Assembly (NCBI GenBank): GCA_035453125.1
Contig: DAOTCN010000001.1
Location: forward strand, 85,061-149,060
Direction: 5' to 3'
DNA: 64,000 nucleotides
DNA from: Minisyncoccota bacterium
GTDB taxonomy: Archaea > Nanobdellota > Nanobdellia > Pacearchaeales > GW2011-AR1
The notes below the pieces were generated by a model. That model searched no databases. It had not been told where the DNA came from and worked only from the letters and a program-made list of their open reading frames with translations. Positions 58,959-64,000 of the stretch are shown piece after piece. Position numbers and translations under genes: made by a program. How positions within the stretch are numbered: position 1 is the first letter of the stretch; the number at the start of each line of letters is the position of its first letter.

Positions 58959-61900
58959 ATGACACCAGAAGAAAAATCAGAAGCTGAACAACGAAGAGAA
59001 AAACTTAAGAAAAATATTGAAGCAAAAGAGTTAGTTGAAGCTGAAATATCTGGTGAAATGAGAAAGGCTTATATTAATTATGCAATGAGTGTTATTGTTG
59101 CAAGAGCTTTGCCTGCTGCTGAAGATGGTTTGAAACCAGTTCATAGAAGAATTTTGTGGGCAATGAATGAGATTGGACTTCAAGCTAATAAACCAACAAA
59201 AAAATCTGCAAGAATTGTTGGAGATGTTCTTGGTAAATATCATCCTCATGGAGATGTTGCTGTTTATGATTCTTTAGTTAGAATGGCTCAACCATTTTCT
59301 TTAAGATATCCTTTAGTTAAAGGTCAAGGAAATTTTGGTTGTTTTACAGCAGATACAAAAGTTAAACTTGTTAGTGGAAGAGATTTATCTTTTTCAGAAT
59401 TAATTGAAGAACATCAACAAGGAAAGAGAAATTTTACATTTACTGTTGATGATGGGAAAATAAAGATAGCTGAAATAAAAAATCCAAGATTAACAAGAGA
59501 AAATGCAGAGATTATGAAAGTTATTTTAGATAATGGTGAAGAGATAAAATGTACACTTAATCATAAGTTTATGTTAAAAGATGGAAGTTATAAAGAAGCT
59601 AATGAATTAGAATCTGGAGATTCTTTAATGCCGGCTTATTTTAGACTTTCTACAAAACAAGATGATTCAAAAGCTATTGGTTATACAATGGTTTTACAGC
59701 CAAATTCTGATTCATGGAATTTTGTTCATATTTTGTCTGATGAGTGGAATATAAACAATGGAGTTTATACAAATTCTGCAGGAAGAGTAAGACATCATGT
59801 GAATTTTAATAAGTTAAATAATAATCCTGATAATATCCGAAGAATGAACTGGAAGGATCATTGGCAAACACATTATGATTTTATTTCTACTAAGCATAAA
59901 ATTGATCCAGAATATAGATTTAAACTAGATGAAGGAAGAAAAAAGTTTTGGGATAATCCAGAAAATAGAGAAATTTATTCTAAAAGAATGAGTCAGAGAA
60001 ATTTTGCAAACTGGAAAAATGAAGAATATAGAAATGAAATGACTTTAACTTTAAGTGAAGTAAATAAAACATACTTGAAAGAACATCCTGAAAGAGTTGA
60101 AGAAATAAGTAAAACTGCTTCAATAACTATGAAAAGATTATGGCAAATTCCTGAATATAAGCAGTTGTTTCATGATAAAATTGTTACAAATAATAAGAAA
60201 AGAGAAACAAATTTAACTGGAAAGAAAAAGTTTGTTAAAATTTGTGATTATTTATTAAAAAATAATTTAGAATTAAATCAAGAAAATTTTGAAAAAGTTA
60301 GAAAAGAAGTTTTTGGTACAAAAAGCTTTACCTCTTGGGATTTAGGAGTTAAGAAGTATTTTGAGAATGATAAAAATTTAATTTTATGTGAAATTAACGG
60401 TAATCATAAAGTTGTTTCAACTGAACTATTACATGAGTTTGTTGATGTTTATGATATAACAATAGATAAGACACATAATTTTGCTCTTGCCTCTGGAGTT
60501 TTTGTTCATAATTCAATGGATGGTGATCCTCCAGCAGCTATGAGGTATACTGAAGCTAAAATGGAAAAAATTTCTGAAGAATTATTAGAAGATATTGAAA
60601 AGAAAACTGTAAAAATGCTTTCTAATTTTGATAATACTCTTGATGAACCTGAATTACTTCCAGGTAAAGTTCCTAATTTGTTAATTAATGGAGCATCAGG
60701 AATTGCTGTTGGTATGGCTACAAATATGCCTCCACATAATTTAACAGATGTTTGTGATGCTATTATAAGATATATTGAAGATCCTGAAGTTAAAATTGAA
60801 GAATTGATTAAAATTGTTAAAGCTCCTGATTTTCCAACAGGCGGTTATGTTTCTGGTGAAATGAAAAATATGTATCTAACTGGAAGAGGAAAGATGGTTG
60901 TTAGAGGAAGAACAAAGATTGATGACTCGGGGAATAAACCAAAAATAATCATTTCTGAGATTCCTTATATGGTTAATAAAGCAACACTTATTGAAGATAT
61001 TGCTAATCTTGTAAAAGATAAAAAACTTCCAGATATTTCAGATATAAGAGATGAATCTGCAAAGGGAAAAGTAAGAGTTGTTATTGAATTACGAAAAGAA
61101 TCTGATCCTAAATTTACATTAAATAGACTATTTAAGTTTACAAGATTACAAGACCGGTTTGATGCAATTATGCTTGCTTTAGTTAATGGTCAGCCTAAAT
61201 TATTGAATTTGAAACAACTTATAGAATGTTATGTTAATCATAGAAGAAAAGTTATAAGGAAAAGATCTGAATTTGATTTGAATAAAGCAGAGGATAGACT
61301 TCATATTGTTTTAGGGTTATTAATTGCACAGAAGAATATTGATGAAATAATTCATTTAATTAAAAAATCAAAAGCAACTGCAGAAGCTTCACAAGCTTTA
61401 CAAACTAAATACGGTCTTTCACAAAAACAAGCTCAAGCTATTCTTGAGATAAGATTACAACAGTTAACTTCTCTTGAACTTGAAAAATTGAAAAAAGAAG
61501 AGACTGATTTGAATGAACTAATTTTTGAATTGAAAAAAATACTTGGCGATGAAAAAGAAATTTTGAAAATAATTAAGAAAGAGTTAAATGAGATAAAGAA
61601 AAATTATGGTGATGAAAGAAAAACTACAATACTTGAAACAGTAAAGGAATTTGAAGAAAAAGACCTTGTAAGTAAAGAAGATGCTGTTATTACAGTAACT
61701 GATAAAGGTTATATAAAAAGAATGCCTTTCAAAGCTTATCATGAGCAAAAAAGAGGCGGAAAAGGAATTATTGGAACTGAACTTTCAACTGATGATTTTG
61801 TAAAACAAATAATTAGTTGTTCAACACATGATTATTTATTATTATTTACTAAACGAGGAAGAATGTTTTGGCTTAAAGCTTATAAAGTTCCTGAAACGCA

Positions 61901-62633
61901 AAGATATGGAAAAGGACAAGCAGTCATTAATCTATTGAATATTAAAGATGATTTTGTTACAAATATTATCTCAGTTAAAGATTTTAAAGGATATTTGTTT
62001 ATGGTTACAAAGAATGGACAAGTTAAAAAAATTGATTTGAAATTATTTGCAAAGCCAAGATCTGGAGGTATAAGAATAATTAATCTTCCTTTGGACAATT
62101 CAGATAGTGTTGTTGATGTAAGAGTTATTTCAGAAAAACAAGAAGTAATGCTTATGACTGCAGAAGGACAGGCAATTAGATTTAATTCAGATGAAGTAAG
62201 ATCAATGGGAAGAGCAAGTTATGGTGTTGCTGGAATTAAACTTGAAAAAGATTATGTTGTGAGTATGGAGGTTGTTCCTATTGAAAAAACAAAAGAAACA
62301 ATTATGACTGTTACTGAAAAAGGATATGGAAAAAGAAGTGAAATTGAAGATTATAGATTAACTGGAAGAGCAGGAAAAGGTGTAATCAATGTTAAAGTTA
62401 CAGATAAAACTGGAAAGGTTATTAGAACAATTGCAGTTGAAGAAAGAGATACGATTGTTGTAACAACAAAGAAAGGAATTGTAATAAGAACTCCTATAAA
62501 ATCAATAAGGGTTATGGGTAGAGCAACTCAAGGCGTTAGAGTGATAAATTTGAAAGAAGGAGATAAAGTTGGAGATGTTACAAAGCTTGTTGAAGGTGAG
62601 AATGAAGACGGAACTATTCAGGAAAAGTTATGA
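58959..62633 (+). CDS. gyrA: DNA gyrase subunit A containing an intein
   Basis: [23 protein letters not shown], GyrA-box QKRGGKG, C-terminal pinwheel repeats. Confidence 0.96.
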   Translation: MTPEEKSEAEQRREKLKKNIEAKELVEAEISGEMRKAYINYAMSVIVARALPAAEDGLKPVHRRILWAMNEIGLQANKPTKKSARIVGDVLGKYHPHGDVAVYDSLVRMAQPFSLRYPLVKGQGNFGCFTADTKVKLVSGRDLSFSELIEEHQQGKRNFTFTVDDGKIKIAEIKNPRLTRENAEIMKVILDNGEEIKCTLNHKFMLKDGSYKEANELESGDSLMPAYFRLSTKQDDSKAIGYTMVLQPNSDSWNFVHILSDEWNINNGVYTNSAGRVRHHVNFNKLNNNPDNIRRMNWKDHWQTHYDFISTKHKIDPEYRFKLDEGRKKFWDNPENREIYSKRMSQRNFANWKNEEYRNEMTLTLSEVNKTYLKEHPERVEEISKTASITMKRLWQIPEYKQLFHDKIVTNNKKRETNLTGKKKFVKICDYLLKNNLELNQENFEKVRKEVFGTKSFTSWDLGVKKYFENDKNLILCEINGNHKVVSTELLHEFVDVYDITIDKTHNFALASGVFVHNSMDGDPPAAMRYTEAKMEKISEELLEDIEKKTVKMLSNFDNTLDEPELLPGKVPNLLINGASGIAVGMATNMPPHNLTDVCDAIIRYIEDPEVKIEELIKIVKAPDFPTGGYVSGEMKNMYLTGRGKMVVRGRTKIDDSGNKPKIIISEIPYMVNKATLIEDIANLVKDKKLPDISDIRDESAKGKVRVVIELRKESDPKFTLNRLFKFTRLQDRFDAIMLALVNGQPKLLNLKQLIECYVNHRRKVIRKRSEFDLNKAEDRLHIVLGLLIAQKNIDEIIHLIKKSKATAEASQALQTKYGLSQKQAQAILEIRLQQLTSLELEKLKKEETDLNELIFELKKILGDEKEILKIIKKELNEIKKNYGDERKTTILETVKEFEEKDLVSKEDAVITVTDKGYIKRMPFKAYHEQKRGGKGIIGTELSTDDFVKQIISCSTHDYLLLFTKRGRMFWLKAYKVPETQRYGKGQAVINLLNIKDDFVTNIISVKDFKGYLFMVTKNGQVKKIDLKLFAKPRSGGIRIINLPLDNSDSVVDVRVISEKQEVMLMTAEGQAIRFNSDEVRSMGRASYGVAGIKLEKDYVVSMEVVPIEKTKETIMTVTEKGYGKRSEIEDYRLTGRAGKGVINVKVTDKTGKVIRTIAVEERDTIVVTTKKGIVIRTPIKSIRVMGRATQGVRVINLKEGDKVGDVTKLVEGENEDGTIQEKL
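59340..60512 (+). mobile_element. 391-aa intein with HNH-type endonuclease in GyrA
   Basis: [12 protein letters not shown] ... CTLNHKF ... [22 protein letters not shown]; internal [16 protein letters not shown]. Confidence 0.93.
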
Positions 62634-62692
62634 TAAATTAATCTGTTTTAAATTGTTTAAATGCTTATAAATCATCTTTTCTTTTTTATAAC

Positions 62693-63451
62693 ATGATAAG
62701 TATAGTTATTATAACAAAAAATGAGGAAAAATACCTTCCTAAGCTTTTGAATTCTATTAAAAAGCAGAATTTTAAAGATTATGAAATAATTGTTTCAGAT
62801 GCGAGTTCAACAGATAACACTCGTGAAATTGCAAGATTTTATGGTTGTAAAGTTATTGATGGTGGTTTACCAAGTGTTGGGAGAAATAGTGGTGCAAGAG
62901 TAGCAAGTGGAGATGTTTTAATGTTTTTGGATGCAGATGGAATTATTCCAAAAGATTTTTTGAAAAAATCTTTTGAGGAGTTTAAAAGAAGAAGACTGTC
63001 TTGTGCAAGTTGTTTTTATATTCCAATTGAAAATAGAGTTGTTGATAGAATGCTTTATTTGATTTATAGTATATTAACTTTGGTACTTCAATATATTTCA
63101 CCTCATGCTGGAGGATATTGTATAATTGTTAGAAAAAATGTTTTTGAACGTGTAAAAGGATTTGATGAAAATTTACCTATTTCTGAAGATCATCATTTTG
63201 CTAAGAAATGTTCAAAGGTTGGAAAGTTTAGAGTTTTATTATCAAGTTATGTTATGGGAGATATGAGAAAATTCAAAACAGAGGGCAGGTTAAGTATATT
63301 TGTTAAATATCTTTATTATGGAATTTATAGAATATATTTTGGTGATAGTAAAAAGCCGGTTATTAGCTATAATTTACATGGAGGGGTAAAAATAAAAAGG
63401 GGAAATTCTTCATATTTATATGAAAAAACTGAATATACTTCTCGTTTGTGA
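62693..63451 (+). CDS. Glycosyltransferase family 2
   Basis: SIVI..KNEE, DASSTD.T, RNSGA, FLDAD, GFDE..SED. Confidence 0.9.
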   Translation: MISIVIITKNEEKYLPKLLNSIKKQNFKDYEIIVSDASSTDNTREIARFYGCKVIDGGLPSVGRNSGARVASGDVLMFLDADGIIPKDFLKKSFEEFKRRRLSCASCFYIPIENRVVDRMLYLIYSILTLVLQYISPHAGGYCIIVRKNVFERVKGFDENLPISEDHHFAKKCSKVGKFRVLLSSYVMGDMRKFKTEGRLSIFVKYLYYGIYRIYFGDSKKPVISYNLHGGVKIKRGNSSYLYEKTEYTSRL

Positions 63452-64000
63452 TGCAATAATTCAACAAACTGGAGGTTCCTTTATTTCAACTTTAAGATTT
63501 GCTGAACTTTTACATAAGAAAGGACATAAAGTAATCATTCTTGCTGCAAAATATCCTAAAACAAAAAAGATTGAATATTATAATGGAATAAAAGTTTATA
63601 GAGCATCTCCTGCTTTTTGCGTTCCAAAATTTGAAAAGAGAATTGCTTTTGCTATTCCTTCTTCAAGAACGATTAAAAAAATTATTAAAAAAGAAGATAT
63701 AAATGTTGTTCATGTAACTTTGCCAACTCCTTTAACTCTTGCTGCAATCAAGGCTGCAAAATCTTTAAGTATTAAGGTAGTAACTCATTCTCATGCTCAA
63801 CCAGAAAACGTATTTTTACATGCACCAAAATTTTTGCAAATTAAGTTTATAAATGATTTGTTTTATAAATATTTAATTTGGATTTATAAAAAAGGAGATA
63901 TTATTCTTTGTCCATCTAAATTTGCTGAAAGTCTTATAAAAAGATATGATTCTAATTTAAAAACAAAAGTAATTAGTAATGGTGTTGATTTAACTAAATT
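63420..64000 (+). CDS. Glycosyltransferase family 4, partial (runs off the window)
   Basis: MKKLNILLVCD..TGGS....FAELLHKKGHKV..VVH..THSH..CPS..ISNGVDL. Confidence 0.8.
   Translation, partial: MKKLNILLVCDAIIQQTGGSFISTLRFAELLHKKGHKVIILAAKYPKTKKIEYYNGIKVYRASPAFCVPKFEKRIAFAIPSSRTIKKIIKKEDINVVHVTLPTPLTLAAIKAAKSLSIKVVTHSHAQPENVFLHAPKFLQIKFINDLFYKYLIWIYKKGDIILCPSKFAESLIKRYDSNLKTKVISNGVDLTK

Noticed and set aside
1581..62098. Short antisense or nested ORFs in the track (e.g. 1581..1829, 4954..5358, 12992..13297, 39173..39535, 48155..48415, 54110..54409)
   Set aside because: Shadows of well-supported genes, with Ser/Phe/Ile-rich composition typical of reverse frames in AT-rich DNA
1..64000. CRISPR array, cas genes, rRNA, or additional remote VRs
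   Set aside because: No regularly spaced repeats, cas motifs or rRNA seen; no other TR-like segment noticed by eye, though an exhaustive alignment was not possible

Overview
AT-rich archaeal chromosome segment. TBP, MCM, RPA, thermosome, Kae1, eL8/eS28/eL24/eL33/uL16 and intron-containing tRNAs make it archaeal; the gene content suggests a DPANN (Pacearchaeota/Woesearchaeota-like) lineage, which is an inference. The main find is a diversity-generating retroelement (DGR) in an accessory region between tRNA-Val and tRNA-Gly. It comprises a reverse transcriptase (32574-33977) with an extra C-terminal RecQ-type HTH-like domain and a 270-aa target gene (34033-34845). The target's variable repeat (34598-34688) differs from a downstream template repeat (35094-35184) at 10 of 91 positions, all template adenines. 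A GGA-loop hairpin follows the VR, a structured ~250-nt RNA encloses the TR, and no avd gene is recognisable. Also present: an HNH-intein-containing gyrA, a degenerate tRNA-Val 3' half with a T-loop insert, a ~220-nt structured RNA candidate, a ~60-aa domain shared by three neighbouring proteins, a recurrent promoter/palindrome motif, several twin-arginine-signal proteins, TA modules, an hsdM pseudogene and small ORFs missing from the ORF track.
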